Source: Chiloscyllium plagiosum
Lineage: Eukaryota
Assembly: GCF_004010195.1 (NCBI RefSeq)
Contig: NC_057718.1
Location: forward strand, 60,984,073-61,025,978
Direction: 5' to 3'
Length of the DNA: 41,906 nt
Shown here in pieces: positions 12,371-24,077 of this stretch. The notes under the pieces are model-generated. The model had not been told where the DNA came from, searched no databases, and saw only the letters and a program-made list of their open reading frames with translations. The position numbers and the translations under genes are program-made. Position 1 is the stretch's first letter, and the number at the start of each line of letters is the position of its first letter.

Positions 12371-12569
12371 TTTGGCAGGAAGAATATAAAGAAACAGTAT
12401 TGTTTAAATGGTGAGTCACAAAATGTTCGTTTGAAAGCACAGCAAGTAATTACAAAGGCTAATGGAGTTCTATTCTTTGTTAAGAGAAGATGTAAATATT
12501 AAAGTAAGGATGTAAGGCTTCAGATACATTGGACATTGTGAGTTCCACAGCTCTGTAAGGAGGTGAATT

Positions 12570-13580
12570 TTAATATATTAACCAAGCAACACTGAAGAAA
12601 CAGTTCCATCATTCCAAATCAAGATGCTGTATGATTTTTAGGGAAATGTGGCTGCACCCTCTCATCTACTGTCCTTTTTGGTGGTAAAGTTTGCAAATTT
12701 GCTATCGTAGGAGCCTTGACTAAAGTGCATCTTGTTGAAGGTATATACTGCTGCTACAGTACCCGTTGGAGGACAGAGTAAATGTTTCAGACTGTAGATG
12801 AGATGGGAATAAAGTGGAACTGCTTTGTCCTGGATGGTGTTGAGTTTCTTGTGTGATATCAGAACTGCACTCATCCAAGCAAATGCAGAGTATTCCATAA
12901 CACTCCTGACTTATACCTTTTAGATGGTGGAGGGGCTTTGGGAAATCAAGAAGAGAGTTGCTTGCTGCAGAATTCCGAGTCTCTTATCTGCTTTAGTTGC
13001 CATGATATTTATACAGCTCTCCAGATATACTTTGGTCAATGAAAATGACTGGAATATTGCAGGTGAGGGTTTAACAATCATAATGCCTTTAAATATTAAT
13101 AAGAAAGGGTTAGATTTTCCCTTATTGTTTTTGGTCACTGTCTGGCCCTTGTGCAGTGAATCTCACTTGCCCATTGTCAACCCAATCCTGAAAGTTTTTC
13201 AGGCCTTACTGTGTTGGGCAAGGACTTCTTCAGTACCTGGGATAGTACAAATGCACTGAAAGTTGTGCAATTGGCAGTGAAGATGTCATTTCTGAAAATA
13301 TGTTGAGTGGCAATTGCTGATGAAGCTGCTGAAATGGTTGCTTTGAGCATAATCTCCGTGAGGAATTCCTGCACCAATGTCATGGGACTGAGATTGGTCT
13401 CAAACATCTTCTTTTGTGCTTGGTATGACTCCAACCAGTGAAGAATTTTCCCTCTGATTCTTATTGACTTTAATTTTGGCAGGGCTCTTTTATGCCACAC
13501 TTTGTCAAATGTTGTCTTGATGTCACTCTAACCTCTGCAATTCAGCTGTTTTGTCCATGTTTGGGACAAGGCTGTAATGA
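12570..13580 (-). mobile_element. Non-LTR retrotransposon RT fragment (RTE-X-like, clade uncertain)
   Basis: Minus frames FDKVWHKRALPKLKSIRIRGKILHWLESY and VRSVMEYSAFAWMSA...KKLNTIQDKA. Confidence 0.75.
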
Positions 13581-13809
13581 GGTTAAATGAGATTAGTAAG
13601 ATAGGAGAGGTGATAGAAATGGTGCATTGGCTTACATTTTTAAGTGCATATCACTCAACTTCTCAGTTTGGATTTTCAAGCCTAGTACTGCACATCACAC
13701 CTCACACCAACTTACTTTCCAACTACACCCAATCACTCTCTGTCTGGGCATGTCCTCACATCCCCTTCCATCTATCCACCAATAGCTGAATGACCTATCG
13801 TGTATCCTG

Positions 13810-14172
13810 AGGGTGTTCTGGACTCCACAACCAGGAGAAACATCATCCATGCATCCACTCTGTCCAACCCTATCAGAATTTTATGCATTTCAATGAGATG
13901 CTCTCACATTCTTCAAAATTCCAGTGAATATAGTTGTCTCAATCTCTCTTCATAGGACATACTTGCCATCCCAGGAATTGGTCTGGTAAACCTTTGCTAC
14001 AGTCTCTTTATGGCAAGTTTATCTTTTCTTAGGTAGAAGAGTTCAAAGCTGCACACAGTATTCCAGATGTGGTCTCACCAATGTCATGTACAGCAAAGAC
14101 TTCTTTGCTCTGGGACTCAAACCTTCTTGCAGTGAAGGTCAACACACCATTTGCCTTCCTAAATACTTACTG
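13810..14172 (-). mobile_element. CR1 LINE 3' ORF2 fragment
   Basis: Minus frame LYMTLVRPHLEYCVQL...RFTRPIPGM. Confidence 0.8.
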
Positions 14173-14227
14173 TTAATCAAGACTGTTGGGCAGCCTATCC
14201 AATTACTGCCATTTGTTTTCATGTATA

Positions 14228-14542
14228 TTAGATTACTTAGATTACTTACAGTGTGGAAACAGGCCCTTCGGCCCAACAAGTCTACACCGACCCGCCGAAG
14301 CGCAACCCACCCATACCCCTACATTTACCCCCTTTAACCTAACACTATGGGCAATTTAGCATGGCCAATTCACCTAACCCGCACATCTTTGTGACTGTGG
14401 GAGGAAACCGGAGCACCCGGAGGAAACCCACGCAGACACGGGGAGAATGTGCAAACTCCACACAGTCAGTCGCCTGAGTCGGGAATTGAACCCGGGTCTC
14501 TGGCGCTGTGAGGCAGCAGTGCTAACCACTGTGCCACCGTGC
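14228..14542 (-). mobile_element. HE1-type tRNA-derived V-SINE, near full length
   Basis: Minus strand has A box TGGCACAGTGG, B box GGTTCAATTCC and V-domain tgtgtggagtttgcacattctccccgtgtctgcgtgggtttcctccgggtgctccggtttcctccc. The CR1-like tail ends in repeated gtaatctaa. Confidence 0.95.
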
Positions 14543-14699
14543 AGTACTAGGCTTGAAAATCCAAACTGAGAAGTTGAGTGATTTTCAGTCAATGACATCT
14601 TATAACTGTGGAAGCCAGTCAGATCCACAAAACAAGCACCTGCACATTTTCACTGGTGTCATTGCAGACTGAGTTGACATAATTACCACACTGGTACAT

Positions 14700-15550
14700 A
14701 TGAGAGAGAGTAAGCCATTTAGTCCTGCAATCCATTTAATGATAGTCTGATCAATTTGTTACCCAACTCCATCAACCTGCCCTTGTCCTGTATCTCTTAA
14801 ATGTTTTCCTTTACAAAAGCTATCCATCTCTGATTGATTTAGCATTAATTGCCATCTGTGAAATATGTTCCAAATCTTTGTATTTAGTAGCGTATTTCAT
14901 TTTTTTTCTGGAAGCCTAATTCTAAGTTTTAGAGCATGCTTCCCAATCTTAGATTCTCTAAACAGTTGAAAAAGCTTCTATCTCCCCAATCGATTTCCAT
15001 TAGTTTCTTAAAGTATGAATTAAACCGAAATTCCAGGAAATACAAACCTCAAATGTGTGATTTTTCCTTATAATTCAACCTTTGGAGCTCGAATATCATA
15101 AATCTAAGCTGCATTTACTTTATCTTTCCTAAGCTATAAATGTGAATTGCTCATTGTAGTCCAGGAATGATTGATCCTGAGCTTTCTACAATTTTTGCAT
15201 AACTTTTACCAATTTTCTTCTAGTCTTCTTGGTATAAAGCTCAGCTTAATCTTTACTCTTTACAATGATCTTCCATACCTGGCTGTGACATTTGAATACC
15301 TTATGAACAAGGAGCCAAAGCCTCTATGATCCCCAGTGTTGCTTGCTTTTCACCTTTAGAAATTACTCACTTCTATCCTTTTTGGATCCTTCCAGATCCG
15401 TTGTTTACAACGTTGTCCATCTTTGTGTCAATAGCAAATTTGGATATGTGCCTTTCCAGTCCATCATCAAAGTTACAAATAATTTTAAATGATAATCCTG
15501 CCAATTAAAGTGATTGCCCATTATCTCTACTCTCTGACTCCTTCTACTCA
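14700..15550 (-). mobile_element. Heavily decayed CR1-like LINE fragment
   Basis: Residual ISKFAIDTKM (tttgtgtcaatagcaaatttggatat on the plus strand) and a CR1-like 3' UTR near 14700. Confidence 0.55.
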
Positions 15551-15734
15551 GTCAGTAATCAACCAATAACTTTTCTTAGGTATTTGTCAGTGATCAATTA
15601 CAAGCTTCTGCAAATCTTTCCAGCAAACAAAAGTATTGAATGTAGTAGTGACTGTCAGCATTAAAAACTGTAGCCCTTAAGTCTTGTTCTGGCAGACTGC
15701 AAATCCCCAAGACAATCTGATGTGATGTGCTGGG

Positions 15735-15822
15735 TTCAAAGATCAGCTTTGATCTTATTAAATGACAGAGCAGACTGAGGGGGTTGAATGGCCTACTCCA
15801 GCTCCTAGTTTCTATGTTTCTT
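15735..15822 (+). mobile_element. CR1-type 3' tail
   Basis: gatcagctttgatcttattaaatgacagagcagactgagggggttgaatggcctactcc...tctatgtttct. Confidence 0.7.
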
Positions 15823-17415
15823 TCAACACTTGGGTTGCGATGTCAAGGAAGCTTGTTTTCTGTCTGAATATCCTCTCAGCAAACCACATTGTTTTTCTAG
15901 TGCCCTCTCTCCCTCTGAGTATCAGGTTTTTGCACAACTGAGGCCTCAGGTAAGTAGCATTCACTCTGAAGCTGAAATTACCAGTCAAGCTTCCACATCT
16001 CCATAGTTTTGAGGACTCCATCACAGTTTGTCAAATAATATCTCAGCACGAGTACTGAGACCAAACACTTTCACACAAGTAAGTAAGAAAGCAGCTTTGA
16101 CATGTCACTTCTTAGTGACATAGTTCCCTATAACACCTTCAACATCCTCAAATGCCTCTTGCTTCTCAATTTGTTTTCATTAGTAGTTTCCAGGAAGCCT
16201 AGGAACCGTGGAAGCTTATTGTAACTCCCAAACCCACACTGACATCACTGTAATTGTTTTGTTAATAAAACTAAATTAATACAGCTTCCCAGAGAGGGTT
16301 GCTTACAAACCGCTTTACCCAGCTGCAATTCAATGTGGTTTCCGGATGCCCTTGCATGTTTCTAGAATTGCTATCTATATCTAAATTCAAGTGCTGACCA
16401 ACAGTAAAACCTTGCCCTGAGACTCAGTAGTGGAACATGGGTGAAGTAAATAGTGCAGTCAGTGATGAACCAAGCAGCAGTGCACCATTTGTTTCAGTAG
16501 ACTGCTGCCTTGTCCTATGAGCTAAACAGGACCATGTGAAAGAGAGATCATACAACCAGATGATCACACTGCTTTCACATGATGGCCACATGAGTGCTAA
16601 AGGATGTGTCCAGTGTCCAGGCTGACCTGTCCACTTCATCTGGAACGGGGATAGTCAGACTTGCGTTTCTTTCTGTTCTCAAGTGAATGTAATAAGTTGA
16701 CTGCAGCTACAGTCCCTGATAGTTCTCTAAATGATCTGCTTTTGAACATTTGCTGTATGAAAGATATATTCGGAACACATGACATAATAGCCAAGTAACA
16801 GGGTTTTAGCACAATTTGTTTCTTTCCACTTTCCTCTTTATTTTAGGCACTGAGAGTTAAATTAGTAGCACTTCAGCACAGGCTATTATGCAGTGTTCTA
16901 TTTTTTATGCATCTGTTTCAGAGTCAAACATAGAAAAGGAGTAAGAAGAGAACATGTAATATTGTAAAGTTGATCTGTGAGAAAAATGGCTTGGAAATTT
17001 GTGAAAAATGATTTTTTTTTTTGCTTTGTGAACTCTTTGCCACACAATGCAACCATAATTGCAATTACTGATGGAGCTCCCATTAGTCTCTTTTGGTGAG
17101 ACTGGAGACCAAGATTTCATTCCTCCGGTCCCCTGTGGTATAGGGGGAGAAAACTTCTGTCCCTATCCTGATCCACTGTAATCTGCCACAGTCCTTCCCA
17201 AGTGATGTCCCACTCTTGAAGATCTTCCTTAAATGTACTTTGCCAGGTCTTCTTTATCCAGCAACATCATCTTTATCTTTCTATTAGCATGTGTTTTCCT
17301 GTCACATTGCTTGCACATTCAAGAATAGGTCCACAGTGTGAGATACACACCTCAATGCTTCAGTCTCTCCATATCTCTCCACAGGTGATTCTGGCCAATC
17401 GTGTCTAATGCTTCT

Positions 17416-18051
17416 TGTGACGATGTTGTAGCTGTAAGAAGTTACTTTGTTCTTTTTTTAAAGAAAGCTTTAAGATAGAGGTGATGAGCTGTCCAGTTGG
17501 AAAGCCAGTAAAGTAAATAGCTTGCCAGGCCTTTGTTCTTTTTCTAAAGGTTGGAACAATAAAAGCTGACAGAGTGGGTGTGGTCAAGCTTTCACTGAAC
17601 AAGGAGTTTTAGTTCACTTTCTGCAGTTGTTGTTGGGGTCTCATCAGAGGGAATAGGCAGTGAATCTCATCCACTCTCTCTGAGTTTTCTCTGGATGTTT
17701 TTTCACATGGGCTGCTGGCTTTACATGTGTGACAATTCTGTTTTCTGAATTTGGTTTTGCCAAGGCTGTGTTTACGAGATGTTACTGTATTGGAAGTTAC
17801 AGTTTAGTAGTAAATTAATCCATTTGCTGTTAAGTTTTCCAGTTGAGTTGTTATTCCAAGTTCCTATTTCCTTAGTCATATTTTAACTACAGGGTTTGGA
17901 TATATAGTATTTTGCTTAACATTGTGAGTAGTTTGACCAATCGAATTGCCCCTGGCACACAGCATCTTACGTTTACCTTTAAAAGAAGAAAACATTAGGG
18001 TTAAGGCTACCTTCCTAATATATTGTGAGGGGGTTGGTCTGGTCAATAGCA
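17416..18051 (+). mobile_element. Solo LTR (Gypsy-like), 636 bp
   Basis: Starts TGTGA and ends TAGCA. 4-bp TSD ttct at 17412-17415 and 18052-18055. Removing it restores the RTE frame ITNEE-AL. Strand is tentative. Confidence 0.8.
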
Positions 18052-18118
18052 TTCTTCATTTGTGATCTTGCCTCGACAAGTGAGGTCCAGGATCTTGTGT
18101 AGGCAACACTGTGGAAAA

Positions 18119-18745
18119 GTCATAGAGTCATAGAGATGTACAGCAGGGAAACAGACCCTTTGGTCCAACCCATCCATGCCGACCAGATATCCCAACCTGA
18201 TCTAGTCCCACCTGCCAGCACCCAGCCCATATCCCTCCAAACCCTGCCTATTCATATACCCATCCAAATGCCTCTTAAATGTTGCAATTGAACCAGCCTC
18301 CATCACTTCCTCTGGCAGCTCATTCCATACACGTATCACCCCTCTGTGTGAAAAGGTTGCCCCTCAGGTCTCTTTTATATCTTTCCTCTCTCACCTTAAA
18401 CCTATGCCCTCTAGTTCTGGACTCCCTGACCCCAGGGAAAAAACTTTGTCTATTTACCTTATCCATGCTCCTCATAATTTTTAAAACTCTATAAGATCAC
18501 TCCTCAGCCTCCGACGCTCCAGGGAAAACAGCTCCAGCCTGTTCAGCCTCTCCCTATAGCTCAAATCCTCAAACCTTGGCAACATTCCTGTAAATCTTTT
18601 CTGAACCCTTTCAAGTTTCACAACATCTTTCCAATAGGAAGGAGACCAGACTTGCACGCAATATTCCAACAGTGACCTAACCAATGTCATGTACAACCGC
18701 AACATGACCTCCCAACTCCTGTACTCAAAATTCTGACCAATAAAA
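18119..18745 (-). mobile_element. CR1 (HER1-like) LINE 3' fragment
   Basis: FEYRSWEVMLRLYMTLVRSLLEYCVQVWSP...LERVQKRFTGMLP...LERRRLRSDLIE, plus a (ctctatga)n tail. Confidence 0.95.
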
Positions 18746-20127
18746 GAGTCCTGTTTGTTGAAACCTTGCTGTTCACTTCTATGTCTCGCTGGCATAGATA
18801 TCAGTTGGCGCTGCAGGAGATGTACAGAGTCGCAGTTTCACTGCCAGGTTGGTGGCGTTAGATGCCCATACCATGAGTCATTGAAAAACTAAAGTACTTT
18901 GCTGATTCTTCTATAGATGTCAATCTCTACATTTACCTCCCTAAAGTTACTGCTTCCTAGATAGGAGAAGAGGTCGACATTGCTGATGTTGTTATCTGAT
19001 GATATTGGGTGGGCCTTGTCACCATCCAGTCATAATTACTTTGGTTGGTTCACAGCTCTTGGGCAGGAAAATGTTAGCACTGATACTCTCAAGATTGGTG
19101 GTGATTTCTTGGAGCAGGTGTGTTTTTCCATCCAGTGAGACAATGCCTGCAAATTCAGGCTATCAACCAGTGATGTTGCCACCCGTTGCCAAAGTTTGTC
19201 CCCACCATTACCATCCTATACTGAAATCAATTAGTAAAAGAATGAGGAATGGCGAGAAAATGCAATCATGTGATACTCCTGAGATGCCATTGAAGGAGTC
19301 CATGGTGCCCTTGCTGGTCTTGGCACACCCGCTGGAGTACCAGTTATAAGGATTACAGACATTCAGAAATTTTGTTTGGAAATGACCTACTTTTGATTGC
19401 ATGTTACTTTTTACAGATGGAAAGTTTGAAGGGTTATCAAGCTGATCAGATTATACATGGCGGTTTATCTCATTGATCTCACCTGAAAACAACACGAGTA
19501 CCCTAAATATTGATGACAGTGAAGGTCTATCCTTACGTGTGTTTATTGTTTATTTTAGGCTTTAATAAATTCACTCACTCACTGTTTTCTTTGCTGCTTT
19601 AAAGTTCTTACTAAAACACCAAAAAAAAGTAGGCAAATGGTTACTCTTACTATTGGTCTGAAGTGTGCACTATCCTGAAGATCTGGGTACCATGCTAATG
19701 CCTGGAAAGGCACCCACTGCTAATTGGTTTCTAAGGAGTTAGCCCTCATCACCTAGGTAACCAAGGCCTACCTTCAGCTGCAAGAAATCATGGCCATTTT
19801 TTTTAAAAAATGTAGAAAAAGTAACATGTACTGATCTGACTGTATAAGGGGTCAGTTTTGAAGAAATGAGGTTCAAGACAAATATCGAAGATGTATCAGG
19901 TCATTTTATTCAGGCAAGAACACTTCCCTTTCCAGACGAGTGCCTTGACATGTTCTGTGTTGAATGTTTTTTTTAACTAGATCACAGGAGTATCAAGACA
20001 TAGTCATAGTGCCAAATATTTGACATCATTACCACAGTGGAAGGTTAAGGAATACAAAGTTAATCCTCCTCCACCTCCACAAACCATCTGCAAAACACTT
20101 ACAAAACGACAACATAAAAAAAAAACT

Positions 20128-20295
20128 TATGTCCTTTAAGAAGGGAAGTCTTCTGTCCATACCTGGTCTGGCCTACATGTGAATCCAGACCTGCAGCAAT
20201 ACGGTTAACTCTAAACTGCCCTAGGGCAATTAGGGATGGGACTTGAATGCTAGCTCAGCCAGCAAAACCCACATTCTGAGAATGAGTTAAAAAAC
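20128..20295 (+). mobile_element. SINE-like 3' fragment (family unassigned)
   Basis: cctggtctggcctacatgtgaatccagacc...gggcaattagggatggg... ending in an A-rich tail. Recognised only as a shark-type interspersed repeat. Confidence 0.5.
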
Positions 20296-20442
20296 TATTT
20301 CTCTTCGAATATGCATCTCCAAGCTACCAGTTATCACTTACTAAACTGTTAAATGAATATAACTTCCCCTCTTCTCCACTTGCACAGATTGTCAGAGTAC
20401 ACTAATGTAAATTCCACTCTCAGGTAACAACTATGTCTTAAT

Positions 20443-23248
20443 CAAAAACAGAAGTTGCTGGAAAAGCTCAGTAGGTTTGGTAGCAGAGAAATCACAGTTA
20501 AGGTTTCCAGTCCAGTGACCTTTCTCAGAACTGATAGTAACGAGGAAAGTGTCAATTTATATGTAGAAGATAGGTTGGGGGACGGGGTAGGGAGTAAACA
20601 ATAGGTAAGAATAGAGCCCAAAGAGACAGAAGAACAGTTGGACAGACAAAGGAGTTGATAACAATCCAGCTGGGAGGGTGAATAACTGTTAATGGAGATT
20701 GCTGGTGGCTAACAATAGGTAGTGTGTAATGGCAGATTATGTGATAACAAGACCTGATGTGTATGGTAGGGGGCTAGGACATGGGGGAGTTCAGGCCCTA
20801 AAATTATTGAACTCAAAATTGAGTCCGGAGGGCTGCAGGGTCCCCGAACAGAAGTGGTTCTTCCAGTTTGTACTGAGCTTCATTGGAGCACTGTAACAAG
20901 CCTTAGACAATGATGTTGGCGAGGGAACAGGGTGGTGTGTTAAAGTGGCAGGCAACTGGAAACGCAGGGTCTTTTATAGCAGGCAGATCGTAGATATTCT
21001 GCAAAGTGTTCACCCAGTCTACACTTCATTTCCCCAATGTAGCAGAGACCACATTGTGAGCAGCGAATGCAGTAGACTAGATTGTAGGAAGTGCAGGTAA
21101 ATTGCTGCTTCACCTGGAAGGTATGTTTGGGCCCTCAGATGTTGAGGAAGGAGGATGTAATTGGGCAGATGTTAAACCTTTGATGCTTGCAGTGCAAGGT
21201 GCCATGGGGCTGTGCGGGGGGGAGGTGGGGTTCAGTGTTGGGACTGAAGGAATAGAAGACCACGGTGTCCCGGAGGGAATGGTCCCTGCAGAAAGCAGGC
21301 AAGAGAGGATAGATGAATATTATTCCTGGTGGTGGCATCTCACTGGAGGTGGCAGAAATAGCAGCTGATGGTCTTCTGGAAGTGGACGCTGGTGCAGCAC
21401 CAATGATATCATCGATATATCAGAGGAAGATTTGCAGGTAGGGTCCAGAATAGGACTGGAACAAGGAATGTTCCATGTCCCCCATGAAGAGACTAACTGG
21501 GGCCCATGTGAATACTCATGGCCACCCGTCTGACTTGAAGAAAATGAAAGGAAGCTTTTGAGGGTGAGGACATGCTCAGTCAAGTGGAGGAGGGTGGTAG
21601 TGGTGGGTGGGGAGAGTTCAGGCCTTCGCTCCAGGAAGAAGCAGAGAACCCTGAGACTATCCTGGTGGCGGATGGGTATGAAAGGGATTGCATGTCCATG
21701 GTAAAGAGGAGGTGCTTGGAGCCTCCAAATTGGAAATTCCGAAACTGGTATAAAATGTCAGAGGAGTTATATAGACAGGGACTGGAGCAGGGGAAAAGGG
21801 ACTGAGTCAAGGTAGGAAGGGATGAGTTCTGTGGGGCAGGAGCAGGCAGAAACAATGCATTTTGCCCAGGCTGTCCTGTTTGTGGCTTTTTGGAAGGAGG
21901 TAGAAGCGAGCTGTGTGGGACTGGGTGACCATAGGCTTGGTGGCAGTGGAAGGGGAAATCATCAAAAGAAATGAGATCAGTGACTCTCATTGATACATGT
22001 GCCATGGTAGAGTCATGTTCCAGGGGGAGATAGGAGGAGGTAACTGTGGATTCCCCAACACCATTGTCTACAGGGTCCACAACCAGTTCTGACCCATCTC
22101 CCACATTTCCATCCTCACCCCCTCACTTCCCTCCCACAACAGCAATGGGGTTCCCCTTGTCCTTACCTACCATCCCACCAGCATCCTCAACCAGAAGATC
22201 ATCAGTTGTCATTTCCGCCATGTCCAGCAAGATATTACCACAGATACGTATTCCTCTCCCCTCCCTTGTCCGCCTTCCGCAGAGATCATTCCCTCCGGCA
22301 CACGCTGGTCCACTCTTTTTTCACTCCCAACATTCCTCCACAGCCCCTCAGCATCTTCCACTGCAACTACCCATTTACTTCCTCCCTCCACAATATCCGA
22401 GGGCCCAAGCATACCTTCCAGGTGAAGCAACGCTTTACCTGCTCTTCACTCAATCTAGAGGAGAAAGGGAAGAACTGTTTGTTGAAGAAGGGCTTATGCC
22501 CGAAACGTCGATTCTCCTGTTCCCTGGATGCTGCCTGACCTGCTGCGCTTTTCCAGCAACACATTTTCAGCCCTTCACTCAATCGAGTTGACTGCATTCA
22601 CTGCTCACAATGTGGTCTCGTCAACATTAGGGAAATGAAGCATAGACTGGGTGACCACTGTTCAGAACATTTACATTCTGCCTGCAAAAAAGACACTGAG
22701 CTTCCAGTTGCCTGCCATTTAACACACCGCACTTTTCCTTGGCAAACATCTCTGTCTCAGGCTTGCTGCAGTGTTCCAGTGACGCTCAGCGCAAGCTGGA
22801 ATAACGACACCTCATTTTCCAATTGGAGACCCTGCAGCCCTCCGGACTCAATATCAAGTTCAATAATTTTAGGGCCTGATCTCCCCCATATCCTAGCCCC
22901 CTACCACGCACACCAGGCTTTGTTATCATATCATCCACCGTTACACACTACCTATTGTCAGCCATTAACAGTCTCCATTAAAAGTTATTCACCCTCCCAG
23001 CCAGATCATTATTGATTCTTTTGTCTGACCAACTGTTCTTCTCTTTCACTGGGCTCTATCCCTACCTGTCGTTTACTCCCTAACTGCTCCTCCACCCTAT
23101 CTTCTGCATATAAGCCAACATTTTTCTAGCTAGACCCAAACTTTAGTTTTGATTTCTCTTCACAGATGCTGACAGACTTGCTGGGCTTTTCCATCAACTT
23201 TATTTTTGTTTCTGATTTACAACATCCGCAGTTTTTTTGGTTTTTAGT
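20443..23248. mobile_element. Large decayed PLE (family E, Neptune-like) with long inverted arms
   Basis: 11-bp TSD tatgtcttaat at 20432-20442 and 23249-23259. The minus arm has RT motifs LLFTMDMQSL, VAMSIHMGPS and YIDD (21408-21419). The plus arm has GIY-YIG-like CIHCSQCGLVNIREMKHRLGDHCSEH...PVACH. Positions ~20443-21340 are an inverted, diverged copy of ~22200-23210. Confidence 0.9.
22459..22572 (+). mobile_element. Miniature family B insertion nested in the family E PLE
   Basis: TSD cttcactcaatc(t/g)ag at 22444-22458 and 22573-22587. Carries tTGAAGA-A-GGGC(TTAT)GCCC-GAAACGTC, with core C3 lost. Confidence 0.88.
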
Positions 23249-23769
23249 TATGTCTTAATGACTATTTGGGGAAATATATTTTTAATTCCAAAGTTCTGGC
23301 TTCAAGCATCAATATTGACTAAATTCTGTGGCATAACTTGTGGTTAGACATTTCCAATACATTGTTTAGCAGCAGAGCCAAATTTTCACTGCTTTTTAAA
23401 TATTTGTTTACTACTTAGAATTGAAGCTTTGCCAAAGGATCCAACTCAAGGGAGTAGGAATGGTCAGTACTTAGTTTTGAGTATAAAGGCATCAATGGAG
23501 AAACAACAGCACCTGAAGACGCCTCGCCTAAAGCACCATTCCTGCTAATTGAGTCAGCAGCTGGCATTCCTTCAAATGATACAGACAGCTTATGAGGTAG
23601 GGGAACATGTATACTTGTTAACTTGTATTGACAGTAGCTCTCTGAAGGTAATTTCTGTGGCACTGGGGGTTACGGAGTTAGAATGGACTTGAGGAAAATC
23701 AGGATATTGTGGTGTGCAACCCTCCCTGGCTCCATAGTGAACATTTTTAATTTTATTTTAAAATTATAC

Positions 23770-24077
23770 ATTAGATTCCCTACAGTGTGGAAACAGGCCA
23801 TTTGGCCCAACCAGTCCACACCAACTGTCTGAAGTGTAACCCCCCCCAGACCCATTTCCCTCTGACTAATGCACCTAACACTATGGGCAATTTAGCATGG
23901 CCAATTCACCTGACCTGCACAACTTTGGATTGTGGGAGGAAACCAGAGCACCCGGAGGAAACCCACACAGATGGCGGGGGGAGCACGCAAACTCCACACT
24001 GACAGTCAACTGAGACTGGAATCGAACCTGGGTCCCTGGCGCTGTGAGGCAGCAGTGCTAGCCACTGAGCCACCATC
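23770..24077 (-). mobile_element. HE1-type V-SINE
   Basis: A box TGGCTCAGTGG, B box GGTTCGATTCC, V-domain and CR1-like tail. Homologous to 14228-14542. Confidence 0.93.

Larger units (their letters stand above)
10350..12560 (+). mobile_element. Old CR1 LINE: SGNH-esterase ORF1 plus ORF2 endonuclease/RT fragments
   Basis: VVLEDSTLMGLDIALCSQEHESRKFCC...DPDVLVQRDNNNIGRTR is esterase-like. LYLN...CDLIVIMETRWQ and IMGDF are APE endonuclease motifs. Many stops. Interrupted by PLE miniatures. Confidence 0.8.
13650..14582. repeat. 44-bp perfect inverted duplication (13650-13693 and 14539-14582)
   Basis: atcactcaacttctcagtttggattttcaagcctagtactgcac and its exact reverse complement. Confidence 0.95.
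17100..19345 (-). mobile_element. Decayed RTE-clade LINE, split by a solo LTR and a CR1
   Basis: Minus-strand motifs in order: SGVSHDCIFSPFLILLLIDF, LLQEITTNLES, NVDLFSYLGS...DIYRRISK (18860-19345); FPQCCLHKILDLTCRGKITNEE (18052-18118); KTWQSTFKEDLQEWDITWE (17190-17255). Confidence 0.8.

Noticed and set aside
14470..14542. tRNA-like sequence with A and B boxes (also ~24010-24077)
   Set aside because: It is the head of an HE1 SINE, followed by the V-domain and LINE tail, not a tRNA gene.
16575..16639. Possible minus-strand last exon (ttccag, DEVDRSAWTLDTSFSTHVAIM*)
   Set aside because: Too short, no recognised homologue and no supported upstream exon.
19391..19482. Minus-strand exon-like segment with a good acceptor and GTAGGT donor
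   Set aside because: Stops in all three frames, so at most a non-coding exon, and unsupported.
21580..22591. 174-aa and 181-aa ORFs
   Set aside because: Off-frame or chimeric readings of the decayed family E PLE and its nested insert.
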